From: Auanema rhodensis
Lineage: Eukaryota > Animalia > Nematoda
DNA length: 64,000 bases
NCBI GenBank assembly: GCA_964057225.1
Contig: OZ059896.1
Coordinates: 19,406,001-19,470,000 of the forward strand
Reading direction: 5' to 3'
Part shown: positions 13,339 to 27,300 of the stretch, one piece after another
How the letters are laid out: every line of letters starts with the position of its first letter
How positions within the stretch are numbered: position 1 is the stretch's first letter
The notes under the pieces: generated by a model
Seen by the model: only the letters and a program-made list of their open reading frames with translations
What the model was told of the DNA's origin: nothing
Databases searched by the model: none
Made by a program: the position numbers and the translations under genes

Positions 13339-14391
13339 ATCGAGGATATAAATGTGAACTTATATCAGTTGATATCTCGGTGCATTTTTAAGCTAGCGCA
13401 AATCTGATAACACAGATCGACGCAGCTTAAAAATCCGCATCGAATGCACTATACTACATTGAGAAACGCTTAATACAAAAATTAGTTATGATCGTTTGAA
13501 AAATGATGCATTAGTGTATGTTGAGTTTCCATGTACACTCAACATTGCTTCCAAAAACATTTTGACAAAAATTTTTTCGAAAAATTTCAAAATAATTTAG
13601 CAAAAAGTAGATGTTTTTAGATTCCTTTTTTCAAGGCAAAGACGATGGACAAAGTTATTCAACGAAAAAATTAATTCTTCAGGGTGAAAATCGAGGATAT
13701 AAGTGTGAACTTATATCAGTTGATATATCGGTGCATTTTTAAGCTAGCGCAAATCTGATAACACAGATCGACGCAGCTTAAAAATCCGCATCGAATGCAC
13801 TATACTACATTGAGAAACGCTTAATACAAAAATTAGTTATGATCGTTTGAAAAATGATGCATTAGTGTATGTTGAGTTTCCATGTACACTCAACATTGCT
13901 TCCAAAAACATTTTGACAAAAATTTTTTCGAAAAATTTCTAAATAATTTAGCAAAAAGTAGATGTTTTTAAAATCTTTTTTTCAAGGCAAAGAGGATGGA
14001 CAATGTTATTCAACGAAAAAATTAATTCTTCAGGGTGAAAATCGAGGATATAAGTGTGAACTTATATCAGTTGATATCTCGGTGCATTTTTAAGCTAGCG
14101 CAAATTTGATAACACAGATCGACGCAGCTTAAAAATCCGCATCGAATGCACTATACTGCATTGAGAAACGCTTAATACAAAAATTAGTTATGATCGTTTG
14201 AAAAATGATGCATTAGTGTATGTTGAGTTTCCATGTACACTCAACATTGCTTCCAAAAACATTTTGACAAAAATTTTTTCGAAAAATTTCAAAATAATTT
14301 AGCAAAAAGTAGATGTTTTTAGATTCCTTTTTTCAAGGCAAAGACGATGGACAATGTTATTCAACGAAAAAATTAATTCTTCAGGGTGAAA

Positions 14392-16497
14392 ATCGAGGAT
14401 ATAAGTGTGAACTTATATCAGTTGATATCTCGGTGCATTTTTAAGCTAGCGCAAATCTGATAACACAGATCGACGCAGCTTAAAAATCCGCATCGAATGC
14501 ACTATACTACATTGAGAAACGCTTAATACAAAAATTAGTTATGATCGTTTGAAAAATGATGCATTAGTGTATGTTGAGTTTCCATGTACACTCAACATTG
14601 CTTCCAAAAACATTTTGACAAAAATTTTTTCGAAAAATTTCAAAATAATTTAGCAAAAAGTAGATGTTTTTGGATTCCTTTTTTCAAGGCAAAGAAGATG
14701 GACAATGTTATTCAACGAAAAAATTAATTCTTCAGGGTGAAAATCGAGGATATAAGTGTGAACTTATATCAGTTGATATCTCGGTGCATTTTTAAGCTAG
14801 CGCAAATTTGATAACACAGATCGACGCAGCTCAAAAATCCGCATCGAATGCACTATACTACATTGAGAAACGCTTAATACAAAAATTAGTTATGATCGTT
14901 TGAAAAATGATGCATTAGTGTATGTTGAGTTTCCATGTACACTCAACATTGCTTCCAAAAACATTTTGACAAAAATTTTTTCGAAAAATTTCAAAATAAT
15001 TTAGCAAAAAGTAGATGTTTTTAGATTCCTTTTTTCAAGGCAAAGACGATGGACAATGTTATTCAACGAAAAAATTAATTCTTCAGGGTGAAAATCGAGG
15101 ATATAAGTGTGAACTTATATCAGTTGATATCTCGGTGCATTTTTAAGCTAGCGCAAATCTGATAACACAGATCGACGCAGCTTAAAAATCCGCATCGAAT
15201 GCACTATACTACATTGAGAAACGCTTAATACAAAAATTAGTTATGATCGTTTGAAAAATGATGCATTAGTGCATGTTGAGTTTCCATGTACACTCAACAT
15301 TGCTTCCAAAAACATTTTGACAAAAATTTTTTCGAAAAATTTCAAAATAATTTAGCAAAAAGTAGATGTTTTTGGATTCCTTTTTTCAAGGCAAAGAAGA
15401 TGGACAATGTTATTCAACGAAAAAATTAATTCTTCAGGGTGAAAATCGAGGATATAAGTGTGAACTTATATCAGTTGATATCTCGGTGCATTTTTAAGCT
15501 AGCGCAAATTTGATAACACAGATCGACGCAGCTCAAAAATCCGCATCGAATGCACTATACTACATTGAGAAACGCTTAATACAAAAATTAGTTATGATCG
15601 TTTGAAAAATGATGCATTAGTGTATGTTGAGTTTCCATGTACACTCAACATTGCTTCCAAAAACATTTTGACAAAAATTTTTTCGAAAAATTTCAAAATA
15701 ATTTAGCAAAAAGTAGATGTTTTTAGATTCCTTTTTTCAAGGCAAAGACGATGGACAATGTTATTCAACGAAAAAATTAATTCTTCAGGGTGAAAATCGA
15801 GGATATAAGTGTGAACTTATATCAGTTGATATCTCGGTGCATTTTTAAGCTAGCGCAAATCTGATAACACAGATCGACGCAGCTTAAAAATCCGCATCGA
15901 ATGCACTATACTACATTGAGAAACGCTTAATACAAAAATTAGTTATGATCGTTTGAAAAATGATGCATTAGTGCATGTTGAGTTTCCATGTACACTCAAC
16001 ATTGCTTCCAAAAACATTTTGACAAAAATTTTTTCGAAAAATTTCAAAATAATTTAGCAAAAAGTAGATGTTTTTGGATTCCTTTTTTCAAGGCAAAGAA
16101 GATGGACAATGTTATTCAACGAAAAAATTAATTCTTCAGGGTGAAAATCGAGGATATAAGTGTGAACTTATATCAGTTGATATCTCGGTGCATTTTTAAG
16201 CTAGCGCAAATTTGATAACACAGATCGACGCAGCTCAAAAATCCGCATCGAATGCACTATACTACATTGAGAAACGCTTAATACAAAAATTAGTTATGAT
16301 CGTTTGAAAAATGATGCATTAGTGTATGTTGAGTTTCCATGTACACTCAACATTGCTTCCAAAAACATTTTGACAAAAATTTTTTCGAAAAATTTCAAAA
16401 TAATTTAGCAAAAAGTAGATGTTTTTAGATTCCTTTTTTCAAGGCAAAGACGATGGACAATGTTATTCAACGAAAAAATTAATTCTTCAGGGTGAAA
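14392..16497 (+). repeat. 2-monomer HOR (702 bp) x3
   Basis: A281G+C305A monomers (M42, 44, 46) alternate with C66T+T90C monomers (M43, 45, 47). Confidence 0.88.
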
Positions 16498-19400
16498 ATC
16501 GAGGATATAAGTGTGAACTTATATCAGTTGATATCTCGGTGCATTTTTAAGCTAGCGCAAATCTGATAACACAGATCGACGCAGCTTAAAAATCCGCATC
16601 GAATGCACTATACTACATTGAGAAATGCTTAATACAAAAATTAGTTATGATCGTTTGAAAAATGATGCATTAGTGTATGTTGAGTTTCCATGTACACTCA
16701 ACATTGCTTCCAAAAACATTTTGACAAAAATTTTTTCGAAAAATTTCAAAATAATTTAGCAAAAAGTAGATGTTTTTAGATTCCGTTTTTCAAGGCAAAG
16801 ACGATGGACAATGTTATTCAACGAAAAAATTAATTCTTCAGGGTGAAAATCGAGGATATAAGTGTGAACTTATATCAGTTGATATCTCGGTGCATTTTTA
16901 AGCTAGCGCAAATCTGATAACACAGATCGACGCAGCTTAAAAATCCGCATCGAATGCACTATACTACATTGAGAAATGCTTAATACAAAAATTAGTTATG
17001 ATCGTTTGAAAAATGATGCATTAGTGTATGTTGAGTTTCCATGTACACTCAACATTGCTTCCAAAAACATTTTGACAAAAATTTTTTCGAAAAATTTCAA
17101 AATAATTTAGCAAAAAGTAGATGTTTTTAGATTCCTTTTTTCAAGGCAAAGACGATGGACAAAGTTATTCAACGAAAAAATTAATTCTTCAGGGTGAAAA
17201 TCGAGGATATAAGTGTGAACTTATATCAGTTGATATATCGGTGCATTTTTAAGCTAGCGCAAATTTGATAACACAGATCGACGCAGCTTAAAAATCCGCA
17301 TCGAATGCACTATACTACATTGAGAAACGCTTAATACAAAAATTAGTTATGATCGTTTGAAAAATGATGCATTAGTGTATGTTGAGTTTCCATGTACACT
17401 CAACATTGCTTCCAAAAACATTTTGACAAAAATTTTTTCGAAAAATTTCAAAATAATTTAGCAAAAAGTAGATGTTTTTAGATTCCTTTTTTCAAGGTAA
17501 AGACGATGGACAATGTTATTCAACGAAAAAATTAATTCTTCAGGGTGAAAATCGAGGATATAAGTGTGAACTTATATCAGTTGATATATCGGTGCATTTT
17601 TAAGCTAGCGCAAATCTGATAACACAGATCGACGCAGCTTAAAATACCGCATCGAATGCACTATACTACATTGAGAAACGCTTAATACAAAAATTAGTTA
17701 TGATCGTTTGAAAAATGATGCATTAGTGTATGTTGAGTTTCCATGTACATTCAACATTGCTTCCAAAAACATTTTGACAAAAATTTTTTCGAAAAATTTC
17801 AAAATAATTTAGCAAAAAGTAGATGTTTTTAGATTCCTTTTTTCAAGGCAAAGACGATGGACAATGTTATTCAACGAAAAAATTAATTCTTCAGGGTGAA
17901 AATCGAGGATATAAGTGTGAACTTATATCAGTTGATATATCGGTGCATTTTTAAGCTAGCGCAAATCTGATAACACAGATCGACGCAGCTTAAAATACCG
18001 CATCGAATGCACTATACTACATTGAGAAACGCTTAATACAAAAATTAGTTATGATCGTTTGAAAAATGATGCATTAGTGTATGTTGAGTTTCCATGTACA
18101 CTCAACATTGCTTCCAAAAACATTTTGACAAAAATTTTTTCGAAAAATTTCAGAATAATTTAGCAAAAAGTAGATGTTTTTAGATTCCTTTTTTCAAGGC
18201 AAAGACGATGGACAATGTTATTCAACGAAAAAATTAATTCTTCAGGGTGAAAATCGAGGATATAAGTGTGAACTTATATCAGTTGATATCTCGGTGCATT
18301 TTTAAGCTAGCGCAAATCTGATAACACAGATCGACGCAGCTTAAAAATCCGCATCGAATGCACTATACTACATTGAGAAACGCTTAATACAAAAATTAGT
18401 TATGATCGTTTGAAAAATGATGCATTAGTGCATGTTGAGTTTCCATGTACACTCAACATTGCTTCCAAAAACATTTTGACAAAAATTTTTTCGAAAAATT
18501 TCAAAATAATTTAGCAAAAAGTAGATGTTTTTGGATTCCTTTTTTCAAGGCAAAGAAGATGGACAATGTTATTCAACGAAAAAATTAATTCTTCAGGGTG
18601 AAAATCGAGGATATAAGTGTGAACTTATATCAGTTGATATCTCGGTGCATTTTTAAGCTAGCGCAAATTTGATAACACAGATCGACGCAGCTCAAAAATC
18701 CGCATCGAATGCACTATACTACATTGAGAAACGCTTAATACAAAAATTAGTCATGATCGTTTGAAAAATGATGCATTAGTGTATGTTGAGTTTCCATGTA
18801 CACTCAACATTGCTTCCAAAAACATTTTGACAAAAATTTTTTCGAAAAATTTCAAAATAATTTAGCAAAAAGTAGATGTTTTTAGATTCCTTTTTTCAAG
18901 GCAAAGACGATGGACAATGTTATTCAACGAAAAAATTAATTCTTCAGGGTGAAAATCGAGGATATAAGTGTGAACTTATATCAGTTGATATCTCGGTGCA
19001 TTTTTAAGCTAGCGCAAATCTGATAACACAGATCGACGCAGCTTAAAAATCCGCATCGAATGCACTATACTACATTGAGAAATGCTTAATACAAAAATTA
19101 GTTATGATCGTTTGAAAAATGATGCATTAGTGTATGTTGAGTTTCCATGTACACTCAACATTGCTTCCAAAAACATTTTGACAAAAATTTTTTCGAAAAA
19201 TTTCAAACCAATTTAGCAAAAAGTAGATGTTTTTAGATTCCTTTTTTCAAGGCAAAGACGATGGACAATGTTATTCAACGAAAAAATTAATTCTTCAGGG
19301 TGAAAATCGAGGATATAAGTGTGAACTTATATCAGTTGATATCTCGGTGCATTTTTAAGCTAGCGCAAATCTGATAACACAGATCGACGCAGCTTAAAAA

Positions 19401-21060
19401 TCCGCATCGAATGCACTATACTACATTGAGAAATGCTTAATACAAAAATTAGTTATGATCGTTTGAAAAATGATGCATTAGTGTATGTTGAGTTTCCATG
19501 TACACTCAACATTGCTTCCAAAAACATTTTGACAAAAATTTTTTCGAAAAATTTCAAAATAATTTAGCAAAAAGTAGATGTTTTTAGATTCCTTTTTTCA
19601 AGGCAAAGACGATGGACAAAGTTATTCAACGAAAAAATTAATTCTTCAGGGTGAAAATCGAGGATATAAGTGTGAACTTATATCAGTTGATATATCGGTG
19701 CATTTTTAAGCTAGCGCAAATTTGATAACACAGATCGACGCAGCTTAAAAATCCGCATCGAATGCACTATACTACATTGAGAAACGCTTAATACAAAAAT
19801 TAGTTATGATCGTTTGAAAAATGATGCATTAGTGTATGTTGAGTTTCCATGTACACTCAACATTGCTTCCAAAAACATTTTGACAAAAATTTTTTCGAAA
19901 AATTTCAGAATAATTTAGCAAAAAGTAGATGTTTTTAGATTCCTTTTTTCAAGGTAAAGACGATGGACAATGTTATTCAACGAAAAAATTAATTCTTCAG
20001 GGTGAAAATCGAGGATATAAGTGTGAACTTATATCAGTTGATATATCGGTGCATTTTTAAGCTAGCGCAAATCTGATAACACAGATCGACGCAGCTTAAA
20101 ATACCGCATCGAATGCACTATACTACATTGAGAAACGCTTAATACAAAAATTAGTTATGATCGTTTGAAAAATGATGCATTAGTGTATGTTGAGTTTCCA
20201 TGTACATTCAACATTGCTTCCAAAAACATTTTGACAAAAATTTTTTCGAAAAATTTCAAAATAATTTAGCAAAAAGTAGATGTTTTTAGATTCCTTTTTT
20301 CAAGGCAAAGACGATGGACAATGTTATTCAACGAAAAAATTAATTCTTCAGGGTGAAAATCGAGGATATAAGTGTGAACTTATATCAGTTGATATATCGG
20401 TGCATTTTTAAGCTAGCGCAAATCTGATAACACAGATCGACGCAGCTTAAAATACCGCATCGAATGCACTATACTACATTGAGAAACGCTTAATACAAAA
20501 ATTAGTTATGATCGTTTGAAAAATGATGCATTAGTGTATGTTGAGTTTCCATGTACATTCAACATTGCTTCCAAAAACATTTTGACAAAAATTTTTTCGA
20601 AAAATTTCAAAATAATTTAGCAAAAAGTAGATGTTTTTAGATTCCTTTTTTCAAGGCAAAGACGATGGACAATGTTATTCAACGAAAAAATTAATTCTTC
20701 AGGGTGAAAATCGAGGATATAAGTGTGAACTTATATCAGTTGATATATCGGTGCATTTTTAAGCTAGCGCAAATCTGATAACACAGATCGACGCAGCTTA
20801 AAATACCGCATCGAATGCACTATACTACATTGAGAAACGCTTAATACAAAAATTAGTTATGATCGTTTGAAAAATGATGCATTAGTGTATGTTGAGTTTC
20901 CATGTACACTCAACATTGCTTCCAAAAACATTTTGACAAAAATTTTTTCGAAAAATTTCAGAATAATTTAGCAAAAAGTAGATGTTTTTAGATTCCTTTT
21001 TTCAAGGCAAAGACGATGGACAATGTTATTCAACGAAAAAATTAATTCTTCAGGGTGAAA
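15796..21060 (+). repeat. 7-monomer HOR x2 (second copy has one extra monomer)
   Basis: M46-M52 correspond to M53-M60: C129T pairs at M48/49 and M55/56, C66T+C299T at M50 and M57, with the C200T monomer doubled (M58, M59). Confidence 0.82.
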
Positions 21061-21066
21061 ATCGAG

Positions 21067-21088
21067 GATATAAGTGTGAACTTATATC
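21067..21088. other. Perfect 9-bp inverted repeat GATATAAGT-gtga-ACTTATATC (monomer 7-28), present in most monomers
   Basis: Read directly; the arms are exact reverse complements. It is broken in the few T22A, A13T and G14A copies. Confidence 0.9.
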
Positions 21089-21105
21089 AGTTGATATCTC
21101 GGTGC

Positions 21106-21156
21106 ATTTTTAAGCTAGCGCAAATCTGATAACACAGATCGACGCAGCTTAAAAAT
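21106..21156. other. Long imperfect inverted repeat (monomer 46-96)
   Basis: ATTTTTAAGCT (46-56) / AGCTTAAAAAT (86-96) enclose GCG/CGC and ATCTG-ataaca-CAGAT. Confidence 0.9.
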
Positions 21157-21239
21157 CCGCATCGAATGCACTATACTACATTGAGAAACGCTTAATACAA
21201 AAATTAGTTATGATCGTTTGAAAAATGATGCATTAGTGT

Positions 21240-21267
21240 ATGTTGAGTTTCCATGTACACTCAACAT
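21240..21267. other. 9-bp inverted repeat ATGTTGAGT-N10-ACTCAACAT (monomer 180-207)
   Basis: Read directly; the arms are exact reverse complements. Confidence 0.9.
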
Positions 21268-21280
21268 TGCTTCCAAAAAC

Positions 21281-21315
21281 ATTTTGACAAAAATTTTTTC
21301 GAAAAATTTCAAAAT
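21281..21315. other. AT-rich dyad centred on the 12-bp palindrome TTTTTCGAAAAA (monomer 221-255)
   Basis: Palindrome at 235-246, extended by AAA/TTT and ATTTTG/CAAAAT. Confidence 0.88.
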
Positions 21316-24300
21316 AATTTAGCAAAAAGTAGATGTTTTTAGATTCCTTTTTTCAAGGCAAAGACGATGGACAATGTTATTCAACGAAAAAATTAATTCT
21401 TCAGGGTGAAAATCGAGGATATAAGTGTGAACTTATATCAGTTGATATATCGGTGCATTTTTAAGCTAGCGCAAATCTGATAACACAGATCGACGCAGCT
21501 TAAAAATCCGCATCGAATGCACTATACTACATTGAGAAACGCTTAATACAAAAATTAGTTATGATCGTTTGAAAAATGATGCATTAGTGTATGTTGAGTT
21601 TCCATATACACTCAACATTGCTTCCAAAAACATTTTGACAAAAATTTTTTCGAAAAATTTCTAAATAATTTAGCAAAAAGTAGATGTTTTTAAAATCTTT
21701 TTTTCAAGGCAAAGAGGATGGACAATGTTATTCAACGAAAAAATTAATTCTTCAGGGTGAAAATCGAGGATATAAGTGTGAACTTATATCAGTTGATATC
21801 TCGGTGCATTTTTAAGCTAGCGCAAATCTGATAACACAGATCGACGCAGCTTAAAAATCCGCATCGAATGCACTATACTACATTGAGAAACGCTTAATAC
21901 AAAAATTAGTTATGATCGTTTGAAAAATGATGCATTAGTGTATGTTGAGTTTCCATGTACACTCAACATTGCTTCCAAAAACATTTTGACAAAAATTTTT
22001 TCGAAAAATTTCAGAATAATTTAGCAAAAAGTAGATGTTTTTAGATTCCTTTTTTCAAGGCAAAGACGATGGACAATGTTATTCAACGAAAAAATTAATT
22101 CTTCAGGGTGAAAATCGAGGATATAAGTGTGAACTTATATCAGTTGATATCTCGGTGCATTTTTAAGCTAGCGCAAATCTGATAACACAGATCGACGCAG
22201 CTTAAAAATCCGCATCGAATGCACTATACTACATTGAGAAACGCTTAATACAAAAATTAGTTATGATCGTTTGAAAAATGATGCATTAGTGCATGTTGAG
22301 TTTCCATGTACACTCAACATTGCTTCCAAAAACATTTTGACAAAAATTTTTTCGAAAAATTTCAAAATAATTTAGCAAAAAGTAGATGTTTTTGGATTCC
22401 TTTTTTCAAGGCAAAGAAGATGGACAATGTTATTCAACGAAAAAATTAATTCTTCAGGGTGAAAATCGAGGATATAAGTGTGAACTTATATCAGTTGATA
22501 TCTCGGTGCATTTTTAAGCTAGCGCAAATTTGATAACACAGATCGACGCAGCTCAAAAATCCGCATCGAATGCACTATACTACATTGAGAAACGCTTAAT
22601 ACAAAAATTAGTTATGATCGTTTGAAAAATGATGCATTAGTGTATGTTGAGTTTCCATGTACACTCAACATTGCTTCCAAAAACATTTTGACAAAAATTT
22701 TTTCGAAAAATTTCAAAATAATTTAGCAAAAAGTAGATGTTGTTAGATTCCTTTTTTCAAGGCAAAGACGATGGACAATGTTATTCAACGAAAAAATTAA
22801 TTCTTCAGGGTGAAAATCGAGGATATAAGTGTGAACTTATATCAGTTGATATATCGGTGCATTTTTAAGCTAGCGCAAATCTGATAACACAGATCGACGC
22901 AGCTTAAAATACCGCATCGAATGCACTATACTACATTGAGAAACGCTTAATACAAAAATTAGTTATGATCGTTTGAAAAATGATGCATTAGTGTATGTTG
23001 AGTTTCCATGTACACTCAACATTGCTTCCAAAAACATTTTGACAAAAATTTTTTCGAAAAATTTCAAAATAATTTAGCAAAAAGTAGATGTTTTTAGATT
23101 CCTTTTTTCAAGGCAAAGACGATGGACAAAGTTATTCAACGAAAAAATTAATTCTTCAGGGTGAAAATCGAGGATATAAGTGTGAACTTATATCAGTTGA
23201 TATATCGGTGCATTTTTAAGCTAGCGCAAATCTGATAACACAGATCGACGCAGCTTAAAAATCCGCATCGAATGCACTATACTACATTGAGAAACGCTTA
23301 ATACAAAAATTAGTTATGATCGTTTGAAAAATGATGCATTAGTGTATGTTGAGTTTCCATATACACTCAACATTGCTTCCAAAAACATTTTGACAAAAAT
23401 TTTTTCGAAAAATTTCTAAATAATTTAGCAAAAAGTAGATGTTTTTAAAATCTTTTTTTCAAGGCAAAGAGGATGGACAATGTTATTCAACGAAAAAATT
23501 AATTCTTCAGGGTGAAAATCGAGGATATAAGTGTGAACTTATATCAGTTGATATCTCGGTGCATTTTTAAGCTAGCGCAAATTTGATAACACAGATCGAC
23601 GCAGCTTAAAAATCCGCATCGAATGCACTATACTGCATTGAGAAACGCTTAATACAAAAATTAGTTATGATCGTTTGAAAAATGATGCATTAGTGTATGT
23701 TGAGTTTCCATGTACACTCAACATTGCTTCCAAAAACATTTTGACAAAAATTTTTTCGAAAAATTTCAAAATAATTTAGCAAAAAGTAGATGTTTTTAGA
23801 TTCCTTTTTTCAAGGCAAAGACGATGGACAATGTTATTCAACGAAAAAATTAATTCTTCAGGGTGAAAATCGAGGATATAAGTGTGAACTTATATCAGTT
23901 GATATCTCGGTGCATTTTTAAGCTAGCGCAAATCTGATAACACAGATCGACGCAGCTTAAAAATCCGCATCGAATGCACTATACTACATTGAGAAACGCT
24001 TAATACAAAAATTAGTTATGATCGTTTGAAAAATGATGCATTAGTGTATGTTGAGTTTCCATGTACACTCAACATTGCTTCCAAAAACATTTTGACAAAA
24101 ATTTTTTCGAAAAATTTCTAAATAATTTAGCAAAAAGTAGATGTTTTTAGATTCTTTTTTTCAAGGCAAAGACGATGGACAATGTTATTCAACGAAAAAA
24201 TTAATTCTTCAGGGTGAAAATCGAGGATATAAGTGTGAACTTATATCAGTTGATATCTCGGTGCATTTTTAAGCTAGCGCAAATCTGATAACACAGATCG

Positions 24301-27300
24301 ACGCAGCTTAAAAATCCACATCGAATGCACTATACTACATTGAGAAACGCTTAATACAAAAATTAGTTATGATCGTTTGAAAAATGATGCATTAGTGTAT
24401 GTTGAGTTTCCATGTACACTCAACATTGCTTCCAAAAACATTTTGACAAAAATTTTTTCGAAAAATTTCAAAATAATTTAGCAAAAAGTAGATGTTTTTA
24501 GATTCCTTCTTTCAAGGCAAAGACGATGGACAATGTTATTCAACGAAAAAATTAATTCTTCAGGGTGAAAATCGAGGATATAAGTGTGAACTTATATCAG
24601 TTGATATATCGGTGCATTTTTAAGCTAGCGCAAATCTGATAACACAGATCGACGCAGCTTAAAAATCCGCATCGAATGCACTATACTACATTGAGAAACG
24701 CTTAATACAAAAATTAGTTATGATCGTTTGAAAAATGATGCATTAGTGTATGTTGAGTTTCCATGTACACTCAACATTGCTTCCAAAAACATTTTGACAA
24801 AAATTTTTTCGAAAAATTTCAAAATAATTTAGCAAAAAGTAGATGTTGTTAGATTCCTTTTTTCAAGGCAAAGACGATGGACAATGTTATTCAACGAAAA
24901 AATTAATTCTTCAGGGTGAAAATCGAGGATATAAGTGTGAACTTATATCAGTTGATATCTCGGTGCATTTTTAAGCTAGCGCAAATCTGATAACACAGAT
25001 CGACGCAGCTTAAAAATCCGCATCGAATGCACTATACTACATTGAGAAACGCTTAATACAAAAATTAGTTATGATCGTTTGAAAAATGATGCATTAGTGT
25101 ATGTTGAGTTTCCATGTACACTCAACATTGCTTCCAAAAACATTTTGACAAAAATTTTTTCGAAAAATTTCAAAATAATTTAGCAAAAAGTAGATGTTTT
25201 TAGATTCCTTTTTTCAAGGCAAAGACGATGGACAATGTTATTCAACGAAAAAATTAATTCTTCAGGGTGAAAATCGAGGATATAAGTGTGAACTTATATC
25301 AGTTGATATATCGGTGCATTTTTAAGCTAGCGCAAATCTGATAACACAGATCGACGCAGCTTAAAAATCCGCATCGAATGCACTATACTACATTGAGAAA
25401 CGCTTAATACAAAAATTAGTTATGATCGTTTGAAAAATGATGCATTAGTGTATGTTGAGTTTCCATGTACACTCAACATTGCTTCCAAAAACATTTTGAC
25501 AAAAATTTTTTCGAAAAATTTCAAAATAATTTAGCAAAAAGTAGATGTTTTTAGATTCCTTTTTTCAAGGCAAAGACGATGGACAATGTTATTCAACGAA
25601 AAAATTAATTCTTCAGATTGAAAATCGAGGATATAAGTGTGAACTTATATCAGTTGATATCTCGGTGCATTTTTAAGCTAGCGCAAATCTGATAACACAG
25701 ATCGACGCAGCTTAAAAATCCGCATCGAATGCACTATACTACATTGAGAAACGCTTAATACAAAAATTAGTTATGATCGTTTGAAAAATGATGCATTAGT
25801 GCATGTTGAGTTTCCATGTACACTCAACATTGCTTCCAAAAACATTTTGACAAAAATTTTTTCGAAAAATTTCTAAATAATTTAGCAAAAAGTAGATGTT
25901 TTTAAAATCTTTTTTTCAAGGCAAAGAGGATGGACAATGTTATTCAACGAAAAAATTAATTCTTCAGGGTGAAAATCGAGGATATAAGTGTGAACTTATA
26001 TCAGTTGATATCTCGGTGCATTTTTAAGCTAGCGCAAATTTGATAACACAGATCGACGCAGCTTAAAAATCCGCATCGAATGCACTATACTGCATTGAGA
26101 AACGCTTAATACAAAAATTAGTTATGATCGTTTGAAAAATGATGCATTAGTGTATGTTGAGTTTCCATGTACACTCAACATTGCTTCCAAAAACATTTTG
26201 ACAAAAATTTTTTCGAAAAATTTCAAAATAATTTAGCAAAAAGTAGATGTTTTTAGATTCCTTTTTTCAAGGCAAAGACGATGGACAATGTTATTCAACG
26301 AAAAAATTAATTCTTCAGGGTGAAAATCGAGGATATAAGTGTGAACTTATATCAGTTGATATCTCGGTGCATTTTTAAGCTAGCGCAAATCTGATAACAC
26401 AGATCGACGCAGCTTAAAAATCCGCATCGAATGCACTATACTACATTGAGAAACGCTTAATACAAAAATTAGTTATGATCGTTTGAAAAATGATGCATTA
26501 GTGTATGTTGAGTTTCCATGTACACTCAACATTGCTTCCAAAAACATTTTGACAAAAATTTTTTCGAAAAATTTCTAAATAATTTAGCAAAAAGTAGATG
26601 TTTTTAGATTCTTTTTTTCAAGGCAAAGACGATGGACAATGTTATTCAACGAAAAAATTAATTCTTCAGGGTGAAAATCGAGGATATAAGTGTGAACTTA
26701 TATCAGTTGATATCTCGGTGCATTTTTAAGCTAGCGCAAATCTGATAACACAGATCGACGCAGCTTAAAAATCCACATCGAATGCACTATACTACATTGA
26801 GAAACGCTTAATACAAAAATTAGTTATGATCGTTTGAAAAATGATGCATTAGTGTATGTTGAGTTTCCATGTACACTCAACATTGCTTCCAAAAACATTT
26901 TGACAAAAATTTTTTCGAAAAATTTCAAAATAATTTAGCAAAAAGTAGATGTTTTTAGATTCCTTCTTTCAAGGCAAAGACGATGGACAATGTTATTCAA
27001 CGAAAAAATTAATTCTTCAGGGTGAAAATCGAGGATATAAGTGTGAACTTATATCAGTTGATATATCGGTGCATTTTTAAGCTAGCGCAAATCTGATAAC
27101 ACAGATCGACGCAGCTTAAAAATCCGCATCGAATGCACTATACTACATTGAGAAACGCTTAATACAAAAATTAGTTATGATCGTTTGAAAAATGATGCAT
27201 TAGTGTATGTTGAGTTTCCATGTACACTCAACATTGCTTCCAAAAACATTTTGACAAAAATTTTTTCGAAAAATTTCAAAATAATTTAGCAAAAAGTAGA

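Larger units (their letters stand above)
21061..21411 (+). repeat. Representative consensus-type monomer (M61, 351 bp)
   Basis: Carries the common allele at every variable site I scored (C at the bi-allelic position 38). About 110/351 G+C. Has multiple stop codons in the reading frames I checked, and no consensus-type monomer yields an ORF in the supplied track. Confidence 0.9.
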
